Assembly: GCA_025786725.1 (NCBI GenBank)
Contig: JAHLTZ010000009.1
Coordinates: 1-64,000, forward strand
Length of the DNA stretch: 64,000 nt
Origin: Syncephalis fuscata S228
Taxonomy: Eukaryota > Fungi > Zoopagomycota
Direction: 5' to 3'
Positions 39,540 through 53,618 of the stretch are shown here, piece by piece. Positions within the stretch are counted from its first letter, which is position 1. Every line of letters starts with the position of its first letter. A program made the position numbers and the translations under genes. The notes under the pieces are model-generated. The model saw only the letters and a program-made list of their open reading frames with translations. It was not told the DNA's origin and did no database searches.

Positions 39540-42500
39540 ATGAATCGTCACTATATAGTACCTATACCTCCTCCTCCTCCAGCTCTCTCTACTCCCTCAC
39601 CGCCAACGCGACATCAACCGCCAGATCGCTATTATATTGGACCTTTACCAACTTTATCGTTGGGATTCTACAAATCACCGTCACAACAACGTCCACTACA
39701 TCAGCCATGGTACTATTTTCTATCCTCTCCTTCTCCACTACGTACTAGTCAACGACGACAACAACAACAACAACAACAGCAACAACAGACATTGTCACAG
39801 TCGCGACAACTTGGTAGACAGAACAGACCATCTAGGTGGTTCCGTCATGCACTTAGGTCAAGGTCATGTTTTAATTCATCCTCGCCTATTCAACGATTAA
39901 ATAACCATAGTGACACTAGTGCTAGTCATGAGAACATAAATGCTTTACCTGTGACGTCATCAAATGTACATCAGCCTACTATTAATGAACAACAATCGTC
40001 AACTCATCCTATTTCATTTGACAATAGTACAAGCATTAGTAGTGGCAGTAGTAGTGACCATACAAGTAATGGCATTCACACACCGCTATTATCAGATGTA
40101 CACCACACGACACTTTCATCTGATCGTATTACTCGACCTGTAACACCACAGACACCCGTTGACTCAATAAGGCGAATAGATAGCTCAATACATCCTGCAC
40201 CTAAACGAATAAGCTCTACTGTATCACATAATCAATTGGGTACATCTACTATGGCATTACCGTCAACATCAGCCCCTGTAACAACAATGACAAGTCCTGT
40301 AGAAGAATATAAATCATCACAAATAGTTAATACAACAAATACGAAAAATGAACAATTTGAACAAACAAAAGACAGACGTTTAATGGCTGTGCATACCAAT
40401 TCTATGCCATTATTACAAGCACCTCATGAAACAGTCCATGTAACTGCCAATCAATCAACTACGCCAGATTTAACGACATCTCCTGTAATTACTATGCCAT
40501 CTTCAGAATCCCTATGCCATTTAATGTTATTGCGCGTTGAACGTGTTCATCCACACAATATGCCGGATATTTACCATCAAGGTGTTGCTCTATTTACTTC
40601 TCTTCGTTCTGTTCAATGGCGACAAGTGGTAGGACAGCTGGATGGTCAAAGTCTTTCATTTCATCAGCCATCGTCGCCTTCTTCTTCGGTTCCAGTAAGT
40701 AGATTAGTGTTTAGTTAATATTACTAATTATTTGTATTAGGGAAAGGTACTATATTCGTTACAGTTAGCAAATTATCAACGTGTAAAACTAAGCTATTTT
40801 TCACCACTGGATAATTCACTGGCCTTGGCACTCACTTCAAGGGATAGAGAAGATTTAGTAGAAGTATTCATATTCCAGTTAAAAGAACACAATCTACTAC
40901 AATTATGGTATGGCGGCCTTGAAAAGTATATTGATCAAAAAACAACTTGGGAAGAACAAATGATGGCCGGTAAAGATGTATGTCAATTCCTACGTGTTGC
41001 ACCGATACCTGCAACAAAAATATCTTCAGCTGGATCACCATCAATACAGCAAGAACACCAACGACGAGAACGACAACGACGTCGAGAACAGCATCGACAG
41101 TCAAGGACAAGTCAACGGCGATTAAGGAAACATTCTAAATTACAGAATCGACATTCGATTGATGCAACACAACATATACCAGCACAGCCAGACATGACAG
41201 ATACAGCTGTCGAAAAAGATATGGAATCCTCACTAAAACGACCTTTAAGCTTAGTGGATCGTCGTGTTGTACAAGGTGTATTATCTCGTACGTCCATTGA
41301 TGACGATAGTAATAGTAATAGTAATCGACATTCAAATGATGAAACAAGAAATACGGTGGATGAAAGAATGGCGAAACGTCTTTCTAAACGTCACAGTAAA
41401 CAATCAATTCGGCATAGTAATGTGACAGATGCATCTGGCGATAGTAGTAAAAATTATGATAAGAAGTCTACCACTATATCCGCAGCTATGTCACAAATGG
41501 CCGCTGTAGGTGTAGCACCTATGATTGTACTTGCTGCATCTACAAATATACCTGATATCGAGCCAGTATCTTCTCAAGAGAATGAACAACCGCAGAATGA
41601 ACACGAGCCTATAGCAATAGAGACCATTCATCGATGGTTACCGCCTTCGTTACAGATTATAGTTGAAGTACCGGATATTGGAACCAAGATACAAATTACA
41701 CTGGACATTGCTGAATTCAATTCTCTTTTATCCTATGCTCAACTACGTACTATTGTTCTTAATGTGTTAATGGGCCGCAAAACACCATATAATAAAGGTG
41801 ATACACCAAGTGAGGCAATGGAACGACGTAAACAATTGGCCGCTCTTTGGAAATACTGGAGTCAATGGGAAGTGGGTCTAGTATGGCGACGATGGTATCG
41901 ATTAGACTGGCCTCATCCTGACGCGTATATTTCTATGGCCCGTATTCTAGAACAGGTAGGTATTTGAAGTATATATATATAGTTATATTGTTTATTAATA
42001 TGTTGATAGACTCATGCTCTTGAATTAAGACGCACTTCTCATTATGGCACTTTTATTGATAGCAATCCATTGGATCGACAGCATCGCTCATCTAATGCTG
42101 TGTCAATAAATCGACCATTTTACTTACCAAGTGAGAGTAATTTAAAAACACCGCCACCGGATGTAGAAGGTTGTTTATTGCGTGTATTTACAGCCAAACA
42201 GATACTAGCAACATTTATGACACGTCAACGGAAACATGCCCGTGTTCGTCGACTCTATTTAGCGACACGGGGCCGATATTTGTTTGTAACTACGCCGAAT
42301 CATTTACCATTACCACAATTTACTTCATCCAACTATAATGAAGCTAGTGTAGTAGTACGCCGGTTAAAGACTTGTTTTAGTGAATCCAATCATGATCATA
42401 CAAATCATTTGCATAAAAGAACTGATGATGTAACAATGTTACCGCGACTGGCCGGTGCAGTCATTGCTCTGATCAATTTAGTACGCGTTAATGTAACTAT

Positions 42501-43818
42501 GCCATCGGAAGAAGAGCGTGATAATGAATTACACCGCACACCCGTCGCTAGAACGAGTAGAAATAACGAGAATGAAAACACTGAATTAACAAGGCACCAG
42601 CAAGAAGTGAGTCGTTATTTGCCAGCATCAACATCGCCATCAGCATCAAATCGTGATCATAGCCGGATTAGTGCTTTACAGAGACACCGACTACGATTGC
42701 AACAGCAACGACAAGAACGACAACGATCACAACAACAGCAAAGACGTCTTGAATTAGTATTTCGTAATGGCTATACACTTCGACTGTTAGCTACCGATGA
42801 AAGATCGGCTCAAGAGTGGCGACAGCGACTTCAATCCATCGCTCATTATTGGCGTCAGTATAACGAACAAGAACAGAAATGGAAAAAGGCCGCATCCATC
42901 ATTAGTGGCGCATTTACGAGTCAGCGTCAAGTTCTAGATCGTGATGGCCAACCAATTGATGGATGTAATAAAGAACGTAATAATCATTTACCATTTACGC
43001 GCGAAATTGGCACAACAGAAGACTATGAGACGGGATCGGTTGAAGTAAACGCTCAATTATGGCCTGTTTGTACATCACTAGGCTGTCAATCGATTGTGCA
43101 AACGGGCATTTTGTATCGTAAAACAAGTCGGCGACAACCAGCTTATCGTTTATTCTGTTTATTAACGCGTGATGGCTATTTGTGCTATTTCGATGCCGAT
43201 TCACTTAATATGACTACGCATCATAATAGCACACATTACAATTATATTCAATTGGCGCGAGGACGTACACGATTGCATAGAGCCTACGTTTATTCTCGAT
43301 GTCGTGACCGAGAAGTGGTTCGTCAAACAAAAATGACCTCTATTGATCGGCCTACGAGTCGATATATTGGACAAGGTCTATACACACGGGACAGTTTACT
43401 CGATTGTAGCTTTTCCATCTGGCTTCCTAGTAGACATCAACACTTTTGGCACACCAATGGTCAGCGAGGCCATGTCATCACTTTTCGGGCATCGGATAGA
43501 TCAAGTACAGAGGCATGGGTCACTGCTCTACAGTCAGTTATCGATGGCCTACAATGTTCAATGCCTGATCACACATTAGGGAGAGAAGAAGCGACGCACA
43601 ATAATCACGAAACTAATGAATTGGATGACTCGATTATTGAACAGCATAGTAATTTAGCAGGTAATCTGCGTCATAATAGTACTCGACGAGTAACTGAACC
43701 AAATACATCTCAATTATCTACTTCATTATTGGTAGAGCATGAGGATACAAGTTTTAATTTTATGTCGCCTATGTTTAACGCGTCTTCAATTGATCAAAAA
43801 GAAGATACGATCATTTAA
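39540..43818 (+). CDS. SPO71: Spo71/Mug56-like multi-PH-domain protein
   Basis: VGLVWRRWYRLDW, THALELRRTSHY, PPPDVEGCLLR, LELVFRNGYTLRL...EWRQRL, CTSLGCQSIVQTGILYRK, ITFRASDRSSTEAWV; 2 introns. Confidence 0.75.
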
Positions 43819-44670
43819 AAGATAATATTCATTGCATTGGCTTTGTTTATATTTCTTATTACGTATATCATCATTATAGCATTGTATTGTTTATTTCATT
43901 CTATTTTAACGGCTATTTAGCATCTATTGAATAAATCTATCATTTTAATTCTTGCATCTACACTCTATCGTTAATATTAAACTGCTATCGATGATATCCA
44001 TAGCGTATCAATATATAACACCATGCTATCGCAGTCCGAAAGATAAAAGCAGTCTATCGACAATACAGTATGTTTATGCAATATTCCCGCTGCACCGAAC
44101 ACAGCTGCACCATTTGCATACTTTTACAGCATGACTTCCTATAGACATTGTAATATTTACACATACACATAGGCACACATTGACAATGCCATAGAGTAAA
44201 CTCAGTTTAATTTCATTCACTAATACTACATTAATTACTATTGGGCCTTGTAGGCTGCACTCTCTGCGACAATGATAGGCATTCTTGCCATCAGTTTATT
44301 GGATCTTCTTTGCTGCTATGCACGCATGCATACGTAGATAGACAACTGAAAAGATACGGCTTCCACGACTGATGATCCTCGTAGCGTAAACAATGGCACC
44401 AACCAACACTACAGATATTACCCACACTATAAACATGTACGCCCATCGCTTGCAACGAATAGCCAATGAATGCATGAATAGACACGTGGTGACAGTGCAG
44501 TTAACTGCATGACAGTTTACATGTTATTGATTGGTGCTTATGGCTGTGTTGTTTGTATGGATATCACTTTGCCTTTGCTAAAAAAGGATGAATGGTTGGT
44601 TGGAGAAGTGACCAGAGTGAGCATGTGTGCATATACATATGTAGTGCCATACTATCAGCACTATCATGCT

Positions 44671-44671
44671 A

Positions 44672-44707
<36 letters not shown>

Positions 44708-44716
44708 CTGATGATG
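44671..44716. repeat. (GAT)n microsatellite
   Basis: About 14 near-perfect GAT units upstream of the small secreted protein gene. Confidence 0.9.
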
Positions 44717-44972
44717 GCCATTGTCGTCACCAATAATGTGTTGCTGTTATGAACACTACCAGGAATGGTAGGAAGGATGTTGCTGCTTTATCGTCGTTAG
44801 AATTGACAAAATTACCACGCGGTTTATGGCTTTAAATACAGCCGTCGATTTCGCTTTGCTTCCCCAACTCATACTCAACACCATCTATTAGTTACATATT
44901 TACTGTTTTTATTATAACCAAGACTTTTTAACTACAAGACATCTGTCTAATTATCTATATACATATATCAAC

Positions 44973-45188
44973 ATGCAATTCAAGACTGTCGCTTTGTTCG
45001 CCGCCGTCGTCGCTTTGGCCGGTTTCCAGTTGGTCGCTGCTCTTCCTCAAGCTAACCAGGGATGCGGTAGCGGAATGGTGGAATGCCCAGCAGGCACTAT
45101 TTGCTCTTCTGTCAAAGGCCCCGGCGGACATCCCCTATACTCATGCATGACACCCGCGCAAATCGCCGAACATGCCAAGCACGGTTAA
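44973..45188 (+). CDS. Small secreted cysteine-containing protein (71 aa, 4 Cys), candidate effector
   Basis: Strong context caacATG; signal peptide MQFKTVALFAAVVALAGFQLVAA-LP; C-x6-C-x5-C-x13-C; GC-rich coding island; TATA-like tttaaata at ~44831. Confidence 0.8.
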   Translation: MQFKTVALFAAVVALAGFQLVAALPQANQGCGSGMVECPAGTICSSVKGPGGHPLYSCMTPAQIAEHAKHG

Positions 45189-45635
45189 TAAGACTAGCAG
45201 TAGATAGAGGATGGTCAATATTACATCCAGCGCCGTGGTCTTCTGGCAATAATTATGTGTGAATCCATACACAGATGTTTATAGAGTTGAATTGTTGCTA
45301 ATAAATAATAATAATATAATAATAATTAATACTTGTAATAATTTAAATGTTCGTAATATTAGTCTGTTTATACTATTTGTAAATAACAAATGGTTTTAAT
45401 ATTGCATTGTTTATAATTTTAACATTAACAAGTATAATTGTGCCATAGTTTATACACACATTTATGGATCAATTTACAAGCTATTCATACTATAAATGTG
45501 AATTAACAGTTAAAATTAAAACAAACAATATCAATACTTTTAAGCGATTTACATTATAATAAATCTATATTATAACAACAAAAGTCATATCAAACATAAT
45601 AAGATCAATGTTATGCTACCGATATAATTATCACA

Positions 45636-46302
45636 TTATGCTTCATCTTCACTTTCATCTTCATCTTCATCAGCCGCATCACTAGCCGATAGATTACTGT
45701 CCTCATCTTCATCATCTTCAGATCCACCTGACATATCATCGCCTCGTTCCAATTGACGTAGGTAAGTGCGTCGTTGACGTTCCGTCATACTCGCTAGTAA
45801 ACGTTCTTGTTCTAGTTTTGCTGCTTGAACGGATTTCGCATCATTCATCCTACAAATAGTCATTTTAGTTGTTGATCAATATTCTATTAAACAAAATCAT
45901 TACTACTACTTACTTATCAGATGTAAATGGTTCCTTATTGCATTTGGCACATAGTCGATGTTTAGTAGCACATGGCACGCAAATAACATGATATGCTTGC
46001 TTAATCGCTTTCTGATTACAACGCAAGCTAACCATATCAATTTCCATTAAAGCTAGTCAGTCATCAATGAAGCTTTGCTATTCAGCTTTAAGAGCTTACC
46101 ACTTTTTTGGCTGGGTAAGCGGTTTATACTTGCGATATTGTTTGCGCCATTCCAACACTTCACGGCAATGCGTACACACATGGGTTATAGGCATAGCCAG
46201 AATCTTGGTGGTCTTTTTAGAGGCACGATTATGTCTGAATGCATCTGTATTCTGGTACTTTTGTCCAGTCTTCTTACCACCAGTGGAGCCTCGGCTCGAC
46301 AT
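45636..46302 (-). CDS. C9orf85/DUF2039-like Zn-binding protein
   Basis: MSSRG...QKYQNTDAFRHN...VCTHCREVLEWRKQYRKYKPLTQPKK, then CNQKAIKQAYHVICVPC and C-terminal MTERQRRTYLR. Confidence 0.85.
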
Positions 46303-46453
46303 GTTTGCTACTTATGCTGAATAACAAAAAAAAAGAAAAAGAAAGGCAATTATGTTTTTTACTATTTTCTCTCAAACTATTGGCTCATTAGCTCAGTGTT
46401 GTCGACACACTCCACGACAACTACAACAACGTCGTTTATTTCCCGCTTTAAAT

Positions 46454-47332
46454 ATGGCTTCTACCCAATCTATAGTGAATCCATTGGTATGGATCGACTG
46501 TGAGGTATTTATTTACATAATAAACAAATAGTCTTGGTACTAGTGTCAATTAGATGACCGGCTTGGACAAACAAAACGATTATATTATAGAAATTGCCGT
46601 TTTAATCACTGACGGCGATCTTAATATTGTAGCTGAGGTGCGTGGCTTTTTAGTAAATAGTGTTTTATTTATAGGATAGCACAATTAGGGACCAGAATTA
46701 ATTATACATCAGCCACAATCAGTTATGGATGCCATGAACGAATGGTGCCGTGAACATCATGGCGCGGTACGTCCATTAGTTTATACTACTAACCACCCAC
46801 CTATAGCTCTGTATTAATAGTGCACTATTTTGTATTTTATATAATAGTCAGGCTTGACTGCTGCCGTACTGGCCTCTAAAACTAGCATGAATGATGCGCA
46901 AGAAGCCGTTCTAAACTTTGTTAAACAGCATGTACCAAAAGCACGCACTGCTCCATTGGCCGGCAATTCAGTACATGCAGATCGAGTGTTTCTTTCAAAA
47001 GATATGCCAGAGCTGGAAGCCCATCTTCACTATCGTAATGTTGGTAAATAACATAGCAAGAATCAATATTGTAATCTAAATATAATAACAATACTTATTA
47101 CTATTAGATGTAAGTACTGTTAAGGAATTGTCACGTCGTTGGTATCCAGCAGTTTTCTCCAATGCACCACCCAAACGTGGAAATCATCGGTAAGCTTTAC
47201 CGTTAATTAATTCCATAACATTAATCAATATAATTCCATTTTCTACTTGTCATTTATCATAGAGCAATGGATGACATTAAGGAAAGCCTTAAGGAACTGC
47301 AATATTATCGAGCCAATTGCTTCCGTGCATAG
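46454..47332 (+). CDS. REX2: Oligoribonuclease (DEDDh)
   Basis: [67 protein letters not shown]. Confidence 0.95.
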
Positions 47333-47404
47333 GATAACCATTTATTCATAACAAGCATGGCAATAATAATAAGAGCAAAAGTTGCTGTTGTTTATATGGA
47401 TTAT

Positions 47405-48285
47405 TTATACGGGTTTGGCACATTTACGATATTCAATGGCTTTTGTCTTTGTGCACTGCATTTCTTGCCATGAAATTGGAATCATTGTTGCACCTAAATA
47501 AATAGTAAATGATTAAATTAATTAATAAATAATTAATAAATGATAAATGCCTTACCAGCCACACTACGGGCAAATATAACACCTAGCTCGTTTTGAGCTG
47601 TTGAAAGATAATAAGAGCGTGCATCACCTAGTGAAATCTATATCATTCAATAATGTAGTTGTCAGTATAACATATTATAGATTTATGTGTAGCTTAAACG
47701 CAATAAAGGATACAACTTGAGCACGAACAATATCTCCAGGTCGGAAGCACTGGTAAATCTTTACTTTATCCTTTTCGGTGGCGCGTACATCTTGAACTCT
47801 AAGTTGTTTACCAGCTTTAGCCATGTTTTTTGCTTGTTAGTTATTATTATTATCTACCTAATAATACCTTGAAACTCGTCACGGCATGGTACTGCGCCTA
47901 CAACCATAATAGCAACTGTGGCAAAACGTGGATTGACCCGTAATACTTTACAGGTTACCTGTGTGCAATAATCATTAGCGCTAACGGTTAGTTTACGATA
48001 TTGTAATTACGCCAGTCACTTACAATGCTTTCAACCTGAGGAATTGACGTTTGTTCTCGTTCTCGAATCACTGCGATAGTCGGTAGCTTGGAAAAGTCAG
48101 TCAATTGATGTGTAGACTATCAATAAGCATACCGTGTTATTATCGTCACTCACTGGCACGCTAATCTCGCGTGTACCAACAATCGCTGAATGAATAATGT
48201 CATTGCGTACATAGGTGCCTTCACCGGCACTGTATTGGTGGGATCTACCAAGACGCTGTCCAGGTGTTACTAAGCTTGTTGTCAT
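47405..48285 (-). CDS. CSL4: RNA exosome cap subunit Csl4/EXOSC1
   Basis: VTPGQRLG...[55 protein letters not shown]...RKCAKPV*. Confidence 0.94.
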
Positions 48286-49473
48286 TGTAAAACTGAAAAA
48301 ATATGTAATAGAAAAAGAAAAATAATAAATATTTGATGCGCAGTGATATGATTATTGCCAAAAATTCGGACCACTGTAAATTACACGTTTAACTAGATAC
48401 TTTTGGATGCTACTATTTACCTTATACCGGAGATATAGCTGTAAGCTAGGAATTTAGAATCATTTTTCCTTGTTTGCCTCGTATTATATCTTGGTTCGCA
48501 TAACATAAAACATGCTGCTCATATGTTATAACTTCTATTTGCAGTGTATGGCGTTACACTGTTTATTCCTTTTGACCAAAAGTCATTATATCGGTGCAAC
48601 TACCGTGACGTTCAAAAGAAAATTGTACTGCGTATATTTATGTTTAAATCAATTAGCTGAAGCATTTGGGTTTAGCCAGTTTAATTGAATTATAAGCATG
48701 ATATGTTTAAACATTTCCATACTATGTGTTTAAGTGATATGCTAGTAGAATGAATATACTGTAGTTATAGGACAGTAACAGTAGTATGCCAGTAAATTCT
48801 ATTAGAAAATTCTTTATTAAACAGGTTAGTTAAAAACGGAAAAAAGTTGCACCGTCATACTAAATGATAACGTTGTTTGTTGCTATGTGACGACAATATG
48901 GTTTCTGATTGGTTTATTGCTATATAAAACTGCGGAACTTAATACAAAGTTTGTAATACTTGATACTGTCGGTGATAGGTTTATAACATGAAACGATCCA
49001 AGTAATGATTGTTACATCATAGAGAATGATGTTGCGGCTCCTTGTTAAAAATGGAGTCAATACAACTTAGACAGAAACGTCATTGCCTTTACCCCATACT
49101 TTAGGAGTGTTAAATGACTTTGAAAGTCTATGTTTTTCAAACATGAAATACGTATTTAACCAATTAGTTGCGTAGATGTCAACAAAATAACCTGTTTTTA
49201 TCACTAAATCATATGGAAACAAAGCCCCGTCAGTAATAGTCGAGACGCCCATGCTGCTGCGTTGTCTTCAACATATCTAACTATACCGTGCAACGTACTT
49301 TCGTTTACAAGTCAGCTATAAAATGGACGATTGAATCGTGTTAGATTTCAATTTGTTAACTCATAACGCCTTTACAACCTCGCCAATACACTCTACATCG
49401 ACTACATTGCTCTGCTGCGCAGTTATCCAAATCGCCGGTCGATTCAACAACATCAACCTCTACTACGATCAAA

Positions 49474-50774
49474 ATGGTTAAAATCAACATGTTCACTATT
49501 GCAGCCGGCTGCGTCTTGGCCCTTGCATCTTTCACACCGCTTACCGATGCCATTCCTGTCGGCTTTGATCGTAAGTTAAAAATGATTTATATTAAATTTA
49601 TTGTATTAACGTGTAGCCAAAGCATCTGCTCCAATTGGCGCAAACTTTCTAAATGTAAAAGCAAATACGCAAAACACACTTGGAGTGCCTACACTTGTGA
49701 TTACCAAACTGTTGCAATCAAACAATGTACTGGTTGTAGGCAATGCCAGCTTCCAAAGTAAGCCTGCTTTTTTCAAGTGCTCTAAAGATGCACAATCAAT
49801 GGATAACGAGAAAAAGGCATTTGATGTAAGTACAGTATTTATTGCTATGCAATCATCGATTAACATGTTTGCCAATCCAGCTGCTCAAGAAAGCCAAAGA
49901 CTCGCTTAAAGCTCCAAAAACAGCTGGCAGCCAGTTTATTGCTCAGCCATTGCACGCATTCACCAGCAATGGTGGCTACTGTACAATATATACCTATGGC
50001 GGTAACACTACGCTCAGAGACGCACTTAGCAAGGCCAGTTGGGCAGACAAGGCCAAGTACTTGCCTGTCATTGCCAATCAAATGCTTCAAGGTTTGGCAT
50101 ACATGCATCGTGTTGGTGTGGCGCATAACGACATCAAGCCAGACAGTAAGTTAAATTGGATATTAGTATTCAGTTTGTTAACAATCTGCCATTAATTACT
50201 AGACGTGCTTGTACAAATCTCTGGCAACAACGTCATGACCACACTAATTGATTATGATTTGGGACTGGATATACGAGTTCCTGTTATTCATCTTAATAAA
50301 CCAGTTGTCATCAAGGGTATGACCATGGGATTCAGAGCTCCGGAAGCTCAGATTCCAAATGCCATGGTTGATGCCAGTAAAAGCGACTCATGGAGCGTTG
50401 GAGCCTCCATTTACAACATGTTAACGGGCCTAACTCTTGGTTACGACTATGACAAACAACGTGCCGTCTGGGTCAGCTATATGTTGGCTGCTGGTGCACC
50501 ATCTGCCAATCAAGCCCGACCTGCTGCGCCAGCCAAAAATATGCCAGTCTTCCCGACCAGCCCAAATGGCCAGATCGAAAGGTCACTAGTCACAGCACTA
50601 TCCATTATGGATACACTGTTGACCAAGGATCCCAAAATGCGGCCAACTCCTCAAGCGCTACTTGACAATCAACTTACAGCCGGCAATATGGTGACATGGT
50701 CTTCTGGTGTGCTTAACAAGCTTCGCGGTGTTAAGCAACCCATTAACAATCCGGTGCCTAAAAGAAAGGTGTAG
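49474..50774 (+). CDS. Secreted Ser/Thr protein kinase, copy 1 (signal peptide, intact catalytic motifs)
   Basis: Signal peptide MVKINMFTIAAGCVLALASFTPLTDA-IP; AFFKC, DNEKKAF, HNDIKPDNV, IDYD, GFRAPE, DSWSVG, DPKMRPT. Introns at 49571-49616, ~49826-49880 and 50146-50202. Confidence 0.9.
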
Positions 50775-52317
50775 AAGTATTTGAATAAATACGGTAATAA
50801 AAATCAGTAAAGTAATTTAGCAATGTTTTTTATTTTGTAACAATTAGTAGCCTATTCATGTTTATATATAGTATTTATATTTTTAAATCTACATTATTGT
50901 TTATTTTCTTCCCATTGTGTATTCATCGCATTTTATCGTATATTAATTACGTTTTATTTAAGAATGATATGTGCTTATTACTAACTGCTTCAGCTATAAA
51001 TTTTAAAAGGGGCTATCCACTAAACTATACACACTATAATTTCAACACTATCATTATACTTTTATTGTTGTGTACTAATTCTATCACACATAACTATATC
51101 GTTTGCCGACAACAATATTAATAAAAAGCTATTCTTTTATTGTTATTTGCATTTATTGTATTTACACACTTCTCTCACTGCGCATTTTATGCTATGTAGC
51201 TCTTATTAGAGCCCTGATAGTAGTACGAATATTTAATATTGTCACCCAAATAATAATAAATATAAAATTTTATTAATATAATTTTCTTCAGCTTATTGTC
51301 AGAATTTATAAAGTTGAGAATTTTTGTTATAAATTTGCTGACTCAAGTTATATCTAAAAGTTAAAGCTATTCGATATTGATAACAGTTATTTTATTGAAT
51401 TAATATTGAAATATCTGGTTAAGTTGCCTCTTATGTTTTCTTCCCTTATTTGGGTGTCTGGCTAACTTTACATCGTTACATTTCTGGTGCTGTAACAACT
51501 TTTTGTTAATAAAAGCTATTTTTTAATTTTAGTTACATTGTTGCAATCACCAATGATGCGATGATGTAACGTCGATCAAGCAACTAAATGAAAAAAATAG
51601 AAGTAGCTTAGTCAGATGTTTAGTACTGATTTAAAATAAAAAATATCATTAGTATCAAATGATTTTAGCTTCTAACAATAGCTCAAGTCAGTATACTTAT
51701 AACAAAAGTCGTAATTGTATAAATCTTATTTACGTAATTTAGCTCATTTTAGCCACATTAACAGCAACCTTAATCGTGTTTTATTTGTTAAAAAGCTTCC
51801 AACGATATACTTGTGGCAAATGCAACTTAAAAAACATAATACAAAAATATGATATGTAAAAATTAGCACTAGTAATATTAAAGCAAATGTTTTTATTGAA
51901 GAAAAAATCGAAACCACTAATAAAGCAGATATTATAAAAAATGTGCTATTAAATAGTCTTTTCTTGCAATAATGTTTATTGCAGATTAAACAAAGTGTGG
52001 TGCAAATAAAAAAAATTTAATTAATAAATCATTTAAAATTTTAAAAACGAGGCATTTTTCAAAATTCCCCTTTAAATAAATATAAAAATAAAATTTTAGT
52101 AGAGTAATTAGCACGCACTTTTATATTTAATAATAGTTAATAACTTGTTTGTAATATATATATTTATATAGCATGGCTTACTTATTTAAATGTATTAACG
52201 TAACTTATATATGCACCATTATATGTATGTCACAATAGCCATTGAAAAATAGATACTAATAAGCTGTTTTTTAAACTTTCTTATTAAACGTTTATTATTG
52301 CGTCTATTTAGATGCTT

Positions 52318-53618
52318 TTATAGCCTTCTTTTAGGCACCGGATTGTTAATGGGTTGCTTAACACCGCGAAGCTTGTTAAGCACACCAGAAGACCATGTCA
52401 CCATATTGCCGGCTGTAAGTTGATTGTCAAGTAGCGCTTGAGGAGTTGGCCGCATTTTGGGATCCTTGGTCAACAGTGTATCCATAATGGATAGTGCTGT
52501 GACTAGTGACCTTTCGATCTGGCCATTTGGGCTGGTCGGGAAGACTGGCATATTTTTGGCTGGCGCAGCAGGTCGGGCTTGATTGGCAGATGGTGCACCA
52601 GCAGCCAACATATAGCTGACCCAGACGGCACGTTGTTTGTCATAGTCGTAACCAAGAGTTAGGCCCGTTAACATGTTGTAAATGGAGGCTCCAACGCTCC
52701 ATGAGTCGCTTTTACTGGCATCAACCATGGCATTTGGAATCTGAGCTTCCGGAGCTCTGAATCCCATGGTCATACCCTTGATGACAACTGGTTTGTTAAG
52801 ATGAATAACAGGAACTCGTATATCCAGTCCCAAATCATAATCAATTAGTGTGGTCATGACGTTGTTGCCAGAGATTTGTACAAGCACGTCTAGTAATTAA
52901 TGGCAGATTGTTAACAAACTGAATACTAATATCCAATTTAACTTACTGTCTGGCTTGATGTCGTTATGCGCCACACCAACACGATGCATGTATGCCAAAC
53001 CTTGAAGCATTTGATTGGCAATGACAGGCAAGTACTTGGCCTTGTCTGCCCAACTGGCCTTGCTAAGTGCGTCTCTGAGCGTAGTGTTACCGCCATAGGT
53101 ATATATTGTACAGTAGCCACCATTGCTGGTGAATGCGTGCAATGGCTGAGCAATAAACTGGCTGCCAGCTGTTTTTGGAGCTTTAAGCGAGTCTTTGGCT
53201 TTCTTGAGCAGCTGGATTGGCAAACATGTTAATCGATGATTGCATAGCAATAAATACTGTACTTACATCAAATGCCTTTTTCTCGTTATCCATTGATTGT
53301 GCATCTTTAGAGCACTTGAAAAAAGCAGGCTTACTTTGGAAGCTGGCATTGCCTACAACCAGTACATTGTTTGATTGCAACAGTTTGGTAATCACAAGTG
53401 TAGGCACTCCAAGTGTGTTTTGCGTATTTGCTTTTACATTTAGAAAGTTTGCGCCAATTGGAGCAGATGCTTTGGCTACACGTTAATACAATAAATTTAA
53501 TATAAATCATTTTTAACTTACGATCAAAGCCGACAGGAATGGCATCGGTAAGCGGTGTGAAAGATGCAAGGGCCAAGACGCAGCCGGCTGCAATAGTGAA
53601 CATGTTGATTTTAACCAT
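52318..53618 (-). CDS. Secreted Ser/Thr protein kinase, copy 2 (inverted duplicate)
   Basis: Reverse complement of copy 1; the protein is identical except the last two residues (..KRRL vs ..KRKV). Confidence 0.9.

Noticed and set aside
46382-46440. ggctcattagctcagtg, tRNA A-box-like
   Set aside because: No B box or cloverleaf; it lies in the short C9orf85/REX2 divergent promoter.
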